Shown here piece after piece: positions 10,895-24,254 of a stretch of DNA of 64,000 nucleotides (position 1 is its first letter; every line of letters begins with the position of its first letter). Under the pieces are notes generated by a model that was not told where the DNA came from, did not search any database, and saw only the letters and a list, made by a program, of their open reading frames with translations. The DNA lies in contig OZ024742.1 of assembly GCA_964016885.1 (NCBI GenBank), forward strand, positions 78,430,001 through 78,494,000, given 5' to 3'. Origin of the DNA: Eledone cirrhosa (taxonomy: Eukaryota). The position numbers were made by a program, and so were the translations under genes.

Positions 10895-11640
10895 ATAATG
10901 GTTTCTGATTTAGGCACAAGGCCAGCAATCTTTGGGGAGGGGAAAAGTCGATTAAATCGACTCCAGTGCGTGACTGGTACTTTATTTTATCGACGCCTTA
11001 AGGATGAAAGGCAAAGTTAACCTCAGTGGGATTTGAACTCAGAACATAAAGGGACGTAACTCTCTTTATGTTCTCAGTTGAAATCTCGCCGAGGTTGTCT
11101 TACGCACGTTATGTCTTACGCACTGGGGTCAATTTAATCGACTTTCCCCTCCCCAAAAAATTGTGGCATTGTGCCTATAGAAGAAATTATTATTATTATT
11201 ATTATTATAAGGCGGTGAATTGGGAGTATCGGTAGACCGTCAGACATAATGCTTTGTAGCATAGAGTTACGGCCCTTTAGGTTCTGAGTTCAAATCCCGC
11301 CGAGGTTAGCTTTGCCTTTCATCCTTACGGTGTTGGTAAAATAAAATACCAGTAATGCACTGGGTCGGTTTAATTGACTTCTCCCACTCCCCAAATATTG
11401 GTGGCCTTGTGCCTAAAGTAGAAACAATTATTATTTTAGTAATAGGGCGGTGGATTGGCAGTGTCGGTAGAGGATCGGACGCCATGCTTTGACGCATAGA
11501 GTTACGGTCCTTGCCATTCGGAGTTCAAATCCCGCCGAGGTTAACTTTGCCTATCATCCTTACGGGGTCGATAAAATAAAGTACCAGTAATACACTGGGT
11601 ATTTGCTGGCCTTGTGCCAAAAGTAGAAACAATTATTATT
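10895..11640. mobile_element. Second cluster of SINE family 1 (one minus copy, then three tandem plus copies)
   Basis: Same unit as at 335-1135. Full heads ggcggtgaattggga and ggcggtggattggca at about 11211 and 11445. Confidence 0.85.
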
Positions 11641-13162
11641 ATTTTAGTAGTAGTAGTAGTAGTAGTAAATTGCGTGTACTTCTATTTCACTTAATCGTCC
11701 CAGGAAAGCTAAGGGGCATGGTTTACTTAGATTGGATTTGAATTCAGAATGTAGGAAACCAGAACAAATACCACAACGCTTTGAATCCGATGCTCTGCCG
11801 CTTAATTCACTAAACTACCAAAGATAAAGATGGTTTTGGTGGTGATAGAACATATTGACCATTGTTTAATAACATATATAAATCATAGTAAGTACAAAAT
11901 GAAAACAGTATGGATGAAATAAAAATGGTGTTGATGATGATGAAGATGATGATTATGATGATATTTTTACAAGTTGATGAAAAATAAATCAATGCCAACA
12001 ACAATATTATTGATGATTCCAACAACAAAAACAACAGCAGCAGTAATTAAAACAAAAAAGTGCATCAACCAAAATAATGGAAATGATGATGATGATGATA
12101 AAAGAATGATGTATCTAAAAATGTAAAGAATTTCTTTTGGCAATCTATTATTAATCAGTAATTGATTTAATTAAAGAATTTCAGAAGGAACACAATTAGA
12201 TTGATGGTTCGTATATTTTTCTTAGACATGTTTTTTTTTCATAGTATATTTGTGTACGAATGTGCATGAGTGTGTCTTCATATATATGTGTGTGTACATG
12301 TCTTCGTATATATGTGTATATGAGTGTGTTTTCGTATATATGTGTGTGTACATCTGTCTGAATATTCGTGTATACTGTAATGATTTTCTTTATTTTAGCA
12401 TGTGATGTCATCTTCAATGAATATTTTGAGAAATATCAGACTAACGTACAAGATGTGGGGAATGTAGAAGTGATAAACTTTCGCTGTGGTTATTATATTC
12501 ACTAAAATATTATGACCGTCGATTGGCAAAATAGTTGGAGACTCATACAAAATAACTTGTGGTATTTTATCTGGTCCTTTACATCCCGCCGAAGTTAACT
12601 TTGACTTTTATCATTCCGTAGGGAAATAACAGTGGAAGCAATCACCACAAATTCCAGGTTTCATTCTTATGAAAGAAACTATTATTTTCCATAAAATATG
12701 AATGAAATTGTTTTTTTATTTTCCTTTCTTTCTAATCCTTCTAATTCCTTTCTTTAGAGAAAAATTTCACATGAACTCTTCTCATATCATCTCAAACATA
12801 TTGGTATTCATGTATTTCCTTTTGTCTTTTTTTTATGAAGAATAAAAGAAGTATAGGTATTCTATTTTACTAAAACGTATTGATACATTTTGAAAGTTAA
12901 ATATACATACATTCTTATATTCTTCTACGGGTGTCAGTTATTTGACTGGGGTCTTCAAAAGATTTTTTCTTGATCATATAAATTCAAGAACTGATTTTTG
13001 TTGTCTAGTACTTGTTTTATCAAATGACTTTTATAAAACTGCTAAGTTACGTGACACAAACTGTTAATGTAAACGTAGATAATATATATAGATTTGATAT
13101 ACATTATAAAATTCCTTCTTTTTAAAACTTGTTCCACTCATTTTTTCAATAATGTCACTTTG

Positions 13163-13236
13163 AGAATCAAAGAAGAAAAAAAGAAAAACCGATCCTTTAA
13201 ATATATTTTTCGTGCTATTTCCAATTCCACTTTCTC

Positions 13237-13268
<32 letters not shown>

Positions 13269-13357
13269 CATACAGAGAGAGAGAGAGAAAGTGGAATTGG
13301 AAATAGCACGAAAAATATATTAAATGGATCGGTTTTTCTTTTTTTCTTCTTTGATTC

Positions 13358-13358
<1 letters not shown>
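13163..13358. repeat. 75-bp inverted duplication flanking a (TG)(TA)(GA) microsatellite
   Basis: Arms 13163-13237 and 13284-13358, about 2 mismatches. Confidence 0.9.
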
Positions 13359-13398
<40 letters not shown>

Positions 13399-14050
13399 AC
13401 TTAGGGCTATTGTAGAAAACGCTTGCCCACCGTGCCATGCAATGATTGTGAAGCGACTCCCTTAATCACATAGGTGAGGTTGTCGTTAGCTGGTCAATCA
13501 ACTATTAATTGTGTTATTAGTAATAGCAAACAAGTATCGCTTAAATCACATTCTACTGCTTTCGAAATCAAAAAGATGAATAGTCTGAAATATATTACGG
13601 CTGCATACCTTTGAGAATAGGTTTGATCCACCAGGGCTGACTTGGGGTTAAATCAAAACAAAACGCTCTTTATTCGTTTACGAGTTTCAGAGATTGAAAT
13701 ACAACTCTGCTAGCACCCTACCGTCAAGTGTTTAGTTGATTATATTGGCCCCAGTGCTTATTCTAAAGTCAGATGCATATTTTACCGATCTGTATTTGTC
13801 GAACTGCTATGTTAAGGAACAGAAACAGGCAGCAGTAGTTATGTGGCTAAAGCAGATACAGACACACTCACCTCACGTATGAAGTGTTTCTGCCAGACTA
13901 GTGGCATGCCTACATACAGTTTTTGTCTATGAAATTGTATTCCCAATGCATTGATAAACCCGAGACTCTAATAGAAGACATTTGTTCAATGTACCACACA
14001 TTGAAACCGAATCCGTAACCACGATGTTGCTTAGCAATCATTTCAACTAT

Positions 14051-14108
<58 letters not shown>

Positions 14109-14901
14109 ACTTGGGGCTATAGTAGAAAACGCTTGCCCACGGTGCCATGTAATGATTTTGAAGCGGCTCCCTCCGTCACACATGTAAGACTGTCTTTAGC
14201 TTGTATATGTATATATGTTTATAAATCTCCGTGTATATTTACTATATATGTAAATAGACAGTTACTGTAGCAGTATCAGTACTATTAGCAAGCATGAATA
14301 AAATTGTATTCAGAGCAAGAATTGGAAAATCAAGTAGATAGCTGAGAATAGACCAATGAAAATACAGTATAGTTTAGACACACGTGACGGGAAGGGTTAA
14401 TGGTCCACCATTACATTATTACGCAGCTAATAACGCATCTGAATAATAAGAAAAAGAGAAAATAAAAACACAAACAATAAAACCTGCTTAAGATATGAAA
14501 GCATGTGAGAATAATTTCCAGATAATTCTCAAATCAGCTGCAAGCTTTTTCTACCTCCTCGAGAGAAAATAACGGCAAATTAGCCATTAGCAGACATGAA
14601 TAACGTGTAATTAAGAGAGAAATGAAAAAAACGTTCTTGTCGTTGCGCATTCCAAAGGCTGTGGCTTGGCAAAATTATATAAAGATGTTATGAAGTTTTT
14701 GTTGTTGTTGCTTAGTGCCACATCAGCCCTGGTTGGTTAAGCAGACCTATGATCAAAGGCATTCTAGATATGACTATTCCGTCATTTCTTTCAAACAGCT
14801 TATCTCGAATCTACATTAGCGAATAATGTCTTCAACATACAGTAGTCAAATTATATATATAATGTCTATACTTTACTCCTCCAATATATCGAGTACCTTA
14901 G

Positions 14902-15206
14902 TATATATATATTACTAAAACTCTGTTATTGCTTGCTTACTTGTCTGTAAAGTAATATAGCCAAAAGGGCGCATAATGGGAAAATACTTTCAAAGGAAGT
15001 TGACCCTGAAATGGGAATACAAATGGAATAAAATAAGTTTCGCGTAAATCGGAGCACGGGTTTCCGAGATATGGGGTTTTTCCGGGTACCTTCATAAACA
15101 GAGAGAGAGAGAAAGAGAGAGCGGTTGTGAGAGAGTAGATTGAAAGAGAGATATAGAGAGTGGGAGAGCAGACAGAGAAGGTGAATGGAAGAGAGAAAGA
15201 GTGTAA

Positions 15207-15265
<59 letters not shown>

Positions 15266-15487
15266 ATTATGACCAATGTATATAGATCACAGACACCCAC
15301 ACATATATATATATATACACACACACATACATGTATATATGTATATACACACATTTATATACATACATACACGTATATATATGGGCCTACCAGTTTCATT
15401 TCACATTATATACATGTCTGTGTATATTTTAATTATTTAAAACATATTTTGAAGTGAACGTGACCCAACGGGTAACAGGTGGTCTAG
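14902..15487 (+). mobile_element. Non-autonomous Helitron with internal microsatellites
   Basis: 3' hairpin gtgaccc aac gggtaac followed by CTAG|T. The 5' end tatatatatattactaaaa resembles decayed Helitron starts. Confidence 0.6.
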
Positions 15488-15534
15488 TATATATTAAAAG
15501 TGACAAAGGCGCTGTGTGGTTACTAATAAATATT

Positions 15535-15635
15535 ATTTAGAAAACGTAAGAGAAATATAAACATAAGGACAATTCCCGCAGAAAGCTGAAGACCGGGAAT
15601 TGTCCTTTTGTTTGTTTCCCATACGTTTTCTAAAT
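15535..15635. repeat. Imperfect hairpin (~42-bp arms) abutting (TA)n
   Basis: atttagaaaacgta...aaggacaattccc pairs with gggaattgtcctt...tacgttttctaaat. Confidence 0.75.
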
Positions 15636-15636
15636 G

Positions 15637-15687
<51 letters not shown>

Positions 15688-15690
<3 letters not shown>

Positions 15691-16038
15691 CCGTCCCACC
15701 ACCCCCACCCCCACCCCATCCACACCACCCCGTTCTATGTAAAGTTATGTTGGTGCCGCGCCATAGGCCGAAACAAATGAGATCGTGTAGGTGTCACGAC
15801 AAAAAAACACACAGTCCACGCTGTAATGTGGCCGTGTAGGCAACACGGTAAAAACCTCCCAGACCCACACTGTAAATGTGGTTGGTGTTAGGAAGGGCAT
15901 CCAACTGTAGAAAACCTGCCAGACAGTCCTATGCGAGCAAGACAATCACTCTTGCCTCAAGTGGGACTACCCCCGTCCAAACCCATGCAAGCGTGGAACA
16001 CGGACGTTAAACGTTGATGATGATGATGATGATGATGA
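15688..16038 (+). mobile_element. RTE family A, 3' UTR only, inserted in (TA)n
   Basis: Near-identical reverse complement of 32352-32700; ends in aaacgtt(gat)n. Confidence 0.92.
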
Positions 16039-16240
16039 TATATAGTAATAATAATAAATTTGAAGACTAAATCCAAAGAGGGCTCGATAAGGATAAATAT
16101 ATATCAAATATATAACAACCGTAGAGCAAATATTTATTAAAATAACAGATTAAAGTTTAAGCAAAGAATCGCTGCTTTCACCCTTAACGGGATCTTCTGG
16201 AACTATTAAACTTTAATCTGTTATTTTAATAAATATATAT

Positions 16241-16440
16241 ATAGGAAAAGAGTCAAGACCCCGACGGCTGAGCTCCGGCCATTTCGACAGCTAGATCTGA
16301 ACTTAGATCTAGCTGTCGAAATGACCGGAGCTCAGCCGTCGGGGTCCTGACTCTTTTCCTATTAACCACTCTGCTACCCTAAGTATCGAGTACTATGGTG
16401 TGTTATGGTCTACCTGGTTCCTTGCCACACTTTCTTCGTT
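16241..16440 (+). mobile_element. Fold-back mini-element: 58-bp arms (16241-16298 and 16305-16362) plus a 3' tail; contains the 3' half of a hammerhead
   Basis: gtc GAAA tgac cggagctca gccg TC ggggtc. The tail is homologous to 36152-36230 and more weakly to 42775-42840. Confidence 0.8.
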
Positions 16441-16449
16441 ATATATATA

Positions 16450-16604
<155 letters not shown>

Positions 16605-16679
16605 GTCTAGAGACCATGTAGTGATTCCTGATAATGAATGATGTTAAATTAGGAAACTACTCTGTAGTTCCGATCCTCA

Positions 16680-16900
16680 AACTGTTATTGCTGCTTAGTC
16701 CAAAGACATCTCCGGATGAGTAAAGCTATGTTCAAAAGCATTCCAACCATGACAATCTTCAGATACAGGATATCTAGGAATTCATTCAATATGTCCTTAC
16801 CTTTTTAAAAAGACATAGTGAAAGTATATTATAAAAGAGATTTAGCTGTTATTTCTAGTATGTCGAGCGATCACATATATACATCCATATTGGTTAGTAT
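16680..16900. repeat. Representative of an old dispersed repeat family (other copies near 8000, 13500-13660, 14700, 20320-20535, 21520-21690, 23405-23645, 26830-27010)
   Basis: Recurring motifs resembling tagaaatagcagccaaatc and gacctatgatcaaaggcattccagccatgac, with substantial divergence. Confidence 0.6.
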
Positions 16901-17226
16901 GCATTCTATACGATGTTGTATATGAACTGATATCGTTTAACCCTATGTAAGACATCATTGAGCATAGCTATGATGAATGATGTTTCAGCCATAGTGACAA
17001 CCTTGTCCAATTTTGCCTTTCCGTGCTTTTAAGTAGGAAGTGCGTAAATTAGAATAAATTATTTACTGGCTAGATTGATGAGTAAAGGCTCTCTTGTTTC
17101 GTCCATCCTCAATTCTTTAATATGTTACGTCTTTTTTTTTTTAGTTAGGAAAGAAGAAAGGGAAGGGTAGCGCCATTGATCCATTAATTTTTTAACTTCT
17201 GAAATAAATGGAGAAAAAAAGAGGTA

Positions 17227-17377
17227 CCTTATTTCCCGGCGTCGAAGACGCATCCTAATTTTCACAACCAAACATTTGAAAAAAAATAATAGACAACCTT
17301 CGGCCTCCAGGATGCATGGTAGATTTTTGAGACTTATTTTAGGAAAAAAGTAGCGTCTCCGACGCCGGGAAATACGG
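17227..17377. mobile_element. MITE, Tc1/mariner Tc2-like, with TA target-site duplication
   Basis: TA|ccttatttcccggcgtcgaagacgc ... gcgtctccgacgccgggaaatacgg|TA; ~25-bp TIRs. Confidence 0.8.
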
Positions 17378-18183
17378 TAGTTATCATCGAATAGGAAACG
17401 GTGGTCCAAAAGTTTGTAACTAAGTGAACTCTGTTAAAATCATCCAAAGCCATCTGGCGATATTAAAATACCGGACAACGGATCTAGTGCACCACTTTTT
17501 TGAAAGTTCGCTTGAGCAGAGCCGACCAGGTTCGATACATTATCTACAAAAAGAAAGGAGTCAATCGTCAGATTACACGAAGGAAACTGTTTACATTGGT
17601 GTCATTATCTGCTAGTCACAGCTTCTGGCAGAAGAAGGTGAGGTTTCAATTAAGTTACTGTCATCATAGTGTCTCTTTCCTTTACTTATTTATTCTCCTT
17701 CTTGTGTGTATAGAACTTCATCTCTCACTTTTTCTATCCTTCCCTTTTTTCGAAGTTTCGTTCTAGCCTTTCCTATCTTCATCTTCCTCACATTTAATTT
17801 GTTTCTTCTCTCTATCTCGTTCTCACTGGCTATTCTATACTTAACTCTTCTGTCATCAAGGTGAGGCGATATAATGATAGCATGAGGTGAAATAGATTCA
17901 ATTAAGATCATTAATACATTATGCACTCTAGGATTTAACCTTAGAATCACATAACTAACTTCATACAAGATATTGTTATAGTGTAGAAAGTTCTGCAGCC
18001 GACTATAATCATCCATTTAATTCTATATCATCCTATCAGCACACGCAACTGCCTATCACTATGTATGTGGTTAAATATGTGTGAGTTTGAGAGAGTATGC
18101 ATGTGTTCATGTGTATAACATTATACACACGAACACATACATGCATGCATATATGCACACTCTGTCTCAAACGCACATAATTA

Positions 18184-18384
18184 TCGTATATATTTGAATA
18201 TAAGTCGATCCACATGTAAGCCGACCACTATTTCATATCTGAGAAATGGGCAAAAATTCAAACCCCATGTATAAGCCGAAGCAGATAATAATTGTTTAGA
18301 TGGTGTATAATAGTCGATCCCAACCCCATTTTACCACCGATGTTTTGGTCACATATTCATTGGCTTATGTTCGAGTATTTATGG
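18184..18384. mobile_element. Decayed Tc2-like MITE
   Basis: TA|tcgtatatatttgaatataagtcga ... tggcttatgttcgagtatttatgg|TA, with internal taagccga repeats. Confidence 0.6.
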
Positions 18385-18699
18385 TATTTAGACAGCTCTA
18401 TATCCGTTGAAGAGCTACTATAGTTACTTTATAACGGTATTCCACAATATCTGATAGGGTTACCATCGGTTATTCGTATGGAGACAGCTATTAGATGTAC
18501 GTCTACAATATGGCTGTTAAATGCGTTGAATGTCGAGACCTGCAATGGATCAGCCAGATAAGGTAAGAATCAATGCTGAGGAGCAACAACACTGTCAGTC
18601 ACTGTTGGTGGGCTGTTTATTTTTAACGGCCATGTAGAGCTTAAATCAATGTAGTAAGGGTATTTTAGGAGTTAAAATACAAAGGTGGAGAAGATATGA

Positions 18700-19520
18700 G
18701 GTGGTGTCAATTTCACTGGCTTAGTCCACTGTGGTGGGGTTGGTCTGGAGGATGGTTTCTATAGTTTGCAACAATGTATTTCACGAAATGAGAGCAGTTT
18801 GTTAAGAATTAACTGTTTGGGTTGAGACAATCGCTGAAAGTTTTCAGCGCTTAAATATTAGGGCTTTTCCAGTGGTGGAAAGCCTGCATCTCTTGGATTC
18901 GTTAATATTGGTCTTAGGTTTTTCGCGCATCTTCCATTTGATATTATAGCATTGTTTCCTTTGCTTCAAGGGCCATATATGATTTGTTAAGGCCGTGGAG
19001 GTTCTCTTATTTGCATATCTCAAGGATAAGTCATGGATGTAATATCAATGTTTAGATTTACCCTCAAATAAACAAATATAATATCTTCATTTAACTGTTT
19101 AGTTTGGTGCGGTTAGGTCATTTGCTGTCAGATAAAACTGACTTAATATAATTTGTCTAACGATCATTCACCCTTCTTTCTGTAAAACACATGCTGGGTT
19201 TTCCTTTATCTTGAGTTTAGATGAACAGGAACATCTACTGTTAATGTTATATCTACTGAAGACTTTACAACAATTGTATTGTGGTGGAAAATGTTTATCT
19301 ACAACAGTAAGGTATGATGTTTAATGAAAATAAAAAAGAGGTTGGTGAATCAAATGATTTTCTGTATCTGTCTCTGGATTGTTTGCATAGAGAGAGTAGG
19401 TATATAGTAAACTTTGTCTTTGAAACTAATCTTTAGTACAGACTTATAGTAATAGTTGGTGCCTTATTAAAAATGGCTTTGGATAAGGGTAGAATAGATA
19501 TTCCAAAGCTAAGATTTGAG
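18700..19520 (-). pseudogene. Highly decayed PLE (RT thumb to GIY-YIG) relic
   Basis: Minus-strand peptide remnants STALTNHIWPLKQRKQCYNIKW and RKII*F resemble PLE A and PLE C motifs. Confidence 0.65.
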
Positions 19521-22148
19521 ATAGAGTTCTAGATGCTCAACTCGAACAAAACATTACCAAAAACTAATCCATCATCTAAAATGAATTTAGTTATGAAAGG
19601 TATACTGAACAGAAATTAATAGTTTAAACTATAGTGGAAATTTAAACTTGAATCAATATTAAATATACAGATAAACTAAACGAAAAAAAAAGAAATTAAC
19701 AGAAAAAATTTGATTTTGAATGAATAAAATTCTGTAAGTTTTAGAAATACTTTTTAAAAATACAATTTCAATTTTAATTATACTATTACTCACTTCTGAT
19801 TTCAGAGTATGAAAACATCTTAGATTAATCAATATGAAATCCCAAGTTGATTATATATATGCATATGTTTGTATGTATGTATAACCATAATTTCCATTAA
19901 TTATTACTCACAGAATCAATACAACAAACATATTTATCAAATTGTGAGCATTGTGTTATGTTTGGAATAACAAAAATATTCTAAATTGCAAACAAACTTT
20001 CATAGGTTAACTCTGTTTCCGACTCAGCTGAGAGGCTTTACTTAAAATTAAACACAATCTAATAGAGTTTGCAATGATCAAATTTTGTTTAGCAAACCTA
20101 CACTGATGTAATGTAATTACTGCACAGATTTCATCAGAGTTGGAATAGCTGAAACACTTACAGTGCCAGACTAAATGCATTACAGATTACATTACTTAGG
20201 TTTCTTTCATTAGGCTCTGAATTCAAATCTAGCTTGGTTCAGATATCTTTTATCTCTAGCACAGAGTTAGGCATAACATGCTGTCTAGTTTAACACCTTC
20301 ACCTCAAGCTAAGGAGGGAGCTTCTATGTGATTGCTCAAAGACAAAAAAATAGCAGCCACATCTTCCTCAAATCAAACTTTACTATCTAAATAACACTCC
20401 CACACAGCACTGAACAATGCTGTACTTAATGCAGTTCTACATACAATATGGCAGAGAAGAATGGGTTGGTCATGCTGGAGTACATTTGATCATAGGTTGG
20501 CACTATCAGGATTAATCTAGGATTAAACAACTACAATATCGCTTGGTCTTCAGATGCCTTTGCATTCACAAGTTTTTTTTCCTTGCTGATATTAATATGT
20601 TCAGGCTGGGTTTCAACTGCATCAATCCCAGCTGCCTGAAGAGATCAGGTGCACTGCTCCTTCTCTTCTAGCTTAAAAAATGAGATATATGTAAGAATCC
20701 TGACAAAAGGGGGATGACATATTAGAGAACATGATTACTAAAAGTTGATCCTTAAGAGTACAGTTGAATACTTAAATATAATTTCTCAGAATAATAAGAA
20801 ACATTTCCTGTGATAAGAATTTAGGAACAACTCCATGGAAAAGACAAAATATCTAGTTAAATGTATTGATATTTTAAAAACGTTTTACATAAATCTATAT
20901 TGCGCAATAAAGTTGGTGCTTCATTATAATTATCAAAATACATATAGTGCTCTATGTATGAATCATATAACTGTGTGGTTGATTCAATCAACTATTTGCA
21001 GTCATAAATTAACTGTATATTGTCCCCCAGTAATATCCTATCATCAATTTTATATTTTTTTCCATGCTCCCAAAGGTTGGCTGAGACTTTTTGAGGCAGA
21101 ATTCTCTGACCAAATATTCTTCCTGATGCTTATCCTCACTTGTTTTTTAAATAACTGCTGATCAGTGATATCTCTATTTACACAGAATATAAACAAAAAC
21201 CACTGCTTTTAGTGGCATCTTTGAAAACAAGATAAGAAAGGAATACTGATATACACACACACCTACATATATGAGAGCTTCCTTACCATTTTTGTCAACC
21301 AATTCACTCACAAGGACTTGGTCGGCCCAATGTAATAAGAGATAACACTTTCCCAAAGAACCATACAGGGGACAGAACCCAAGACTACATGTTTGCAAAG
21401 GAATCTTTTTAACTACATGGGCATACCTGACTTTCCTTCTTGAAAAAAATAAAAGGCTTTCTCTATTTCAATGAAAATTCATACATATTGTTTTTATTTC
21501 TTAACCTTAATACAATTCTGATTATGCAGGCCTATGGACAAAGGTATTCCAACCATGACCTTTTGGTAGTATATCGTGCTACATTATCCAAACTCCGTAT
21601 TCTTTCCATGGCAGGGTGTATTTATGAAAATTTTGTCTGCTATTTCTAGTAGGTCTATCAACCACATAGAGGTTCTTATGTTGGTTTGGCTCTTCTTTAC
21701 CTATATGTTGAAGAATATTCTATAGTTTTGATGCCATCATCATCATCATTATCATGGTCACTATTACAATCATTGTTATTATCCCTGCATGACATAAAAT
21801 GTAAAAGGGATGATGCCAAGAAGGGCATCCAACTGTAAAAAGGAGTCTGCAAGGTTAGTGCCTGCTGTTTCAGGGAATATGGCTTCAAAACACTTCTTCT
21901 TGTGCTACACTTCCTATAACATTATTAGTCATACCACCAGTTCTACTTCTGCCTGGATTCCTGAAACATGTGAGGCTGAGGTACTTCTTTCTAATCCTGG
22001 AGTATTAGGCAAAATTACATCACACTTAGTCTCAGAGCTGAAAGATGTTGAAACGCCTCCTCCTCCTCCCAACATATCACTACATCCATTATAACACCAA
22101 ATTTATGTTTACTGTATTTCTATGCGAAAATCCTTGTGGCTAATAAAG

Positions 22149-22183
<35 letters not shown>

Positions 22184-24213
22184 GTTAATACTATATATCT
22201 TATTGTTTTTTGTTTAAATTTCTGATGTGAGTATTTGTAAAATGTGCTCTGTACATGATATAGTCTGCTGCAAGTTTATCTGATTTGGCACCTATTTCCA
22301 TGGAATTCATGACTTTCATATTGATAAGTAAACATCTAAATTATGAGCAGAAATACTATATTGCAAACCTGTCTAACCCACGTCAGTATGACAAAATAGC
22401 TGTAAAACTAATTATAATGATGGCTCGCAATGTAATTTTGAAACTTCTTCCTTATCTTGGATCTACATAAAGTGAAGCACTATCAGATAGTTTGCTGTAA
22501 CCCATTCAATTAGTTACACCATTTATTCCAGACTTCTAATCAAATATTTCATCTTTTAGTTTCAAATCATCATCATCACTGCCTTTTTGTATTAAGTTGA
22601 CCTTGCTAGTGAAGCTAACTTCTTGACAGTATCTTGCAGACTAAGTTTAGTTTAAACCAACAGAGACTGATTCTTTAAAGTAATTCTTATGACAGTCTGC
22701 ACATCACAAACAGAAATGTCTCCTCCACTTGCACATCCTTATCATTACTAAAACATTGACTTTGCCATGCTAAGATTTATTTAACAAATATGAAATATAT
22801 ATGTATTCTGGTTTGTGTGTGTGTCTGGTATGAAATAGATACACCGCATCCTTGCTAATTGTAAGACTTAATTAAAAGCGGTTGAGGCAACTAAATGGGT
22901 TAGGATTAAGAAAGACATCTGGCTGTAAAATATTGTCTTGAGAAATGATGTCCAACCTACACCAGCATGGAAGAGTAGGCGTAATGATGATGATGATGTC
23001 AGGTTTACTACATACAACCAACTGAATTTTTGTTACTTTCAGCAGATTTTTGTAGCAAGCCTGAATACCAACCTCTTCTCAAGATTGCATCTCTCACCAC
23101 CAACATTTTTCATGCAGAGAGTCAGATCAGGCATTTACCTCAACAATTTCACCAGTCTTACTAGGCCTGAAAAGTTCATGGGTACTGCCCCTGTATCACT
23201 GACAAACATATAATGAATAAAAATAAAAATTACATGAAACATGAAATAAACAACTAATTATGAGCCTATGCCATCATATCAGATAAGAGCAGATATCTGG
23301 CCCATAGCGGGTTCCCTATAGTCGCCTATCTCAGGCACCACTCCCTGTATGCAGGTGCATCATCATCATTCATATACTACAAATTCGAAGCCAATGAAAT
23401 AGTCTCTTTATGGTTGCTTGACCTGCTATAAATTACCACCAAATCACTTCACCTAATAGTAGAAAAGGATAGGCACATTAGACAATGCAGACCTAGCTAT
23501 ATATATATATTCTTTGAATAAAAGATTCAATGATAACTAGCTATATATATATATATATATATTCTTTGAATAAAAGATTCAATGATCACAGTTGGAACAC
23601 ATTTATTCATGTCGGCTCAATAATGGCTGACCGGGTGCTAATGAAAAACAACAACACACTTAATTGGAACCAATGCTGGTTATTTCAGACAGACTTGTCT
23701 ATTCATTCTTTAATAATTATCATCTTCATTTCAATTAGCAAATAATCTTTCCTGAACAATTAGATTGTTCAAAGGGTGTGGCTTGAAATTCAACTTCCTT
23801 CTGATATACACAAAGCTAATTTTACTTTCTTTCATTTTGTAACACGCCTTTTGGTGGTGGTGGTGGTGGTGGTGTGTGTGTGAGTGTGTGTGGGTCTGTA
23901 TGTGAAGATTATAATGATAGTGATGATGATATATATATACATGTACACATACAGATATAGACATATATGTATGTGTATGTAAGCATGTATTTAGTCATGA
24001 GAAAAAGAATGGCAGAAGGAGAAAGAGAGAGAAATAATAAACCAACCAAATAGACAGAGATGGAGAGAGAGCAACATACAGAGATATATTGAGTAGAAAT
24101 AAGGAAAAGGGAGAGAGAGTATGAGGTGGTAAGAAAAGAATATATAGATATCATCATCATCATCATCAGCAGCAACATCATCATTTAACGTCTATCTTCC
24201 CTGCTCGCATGGG

Positions 24214-24254
<41 letters not shown>

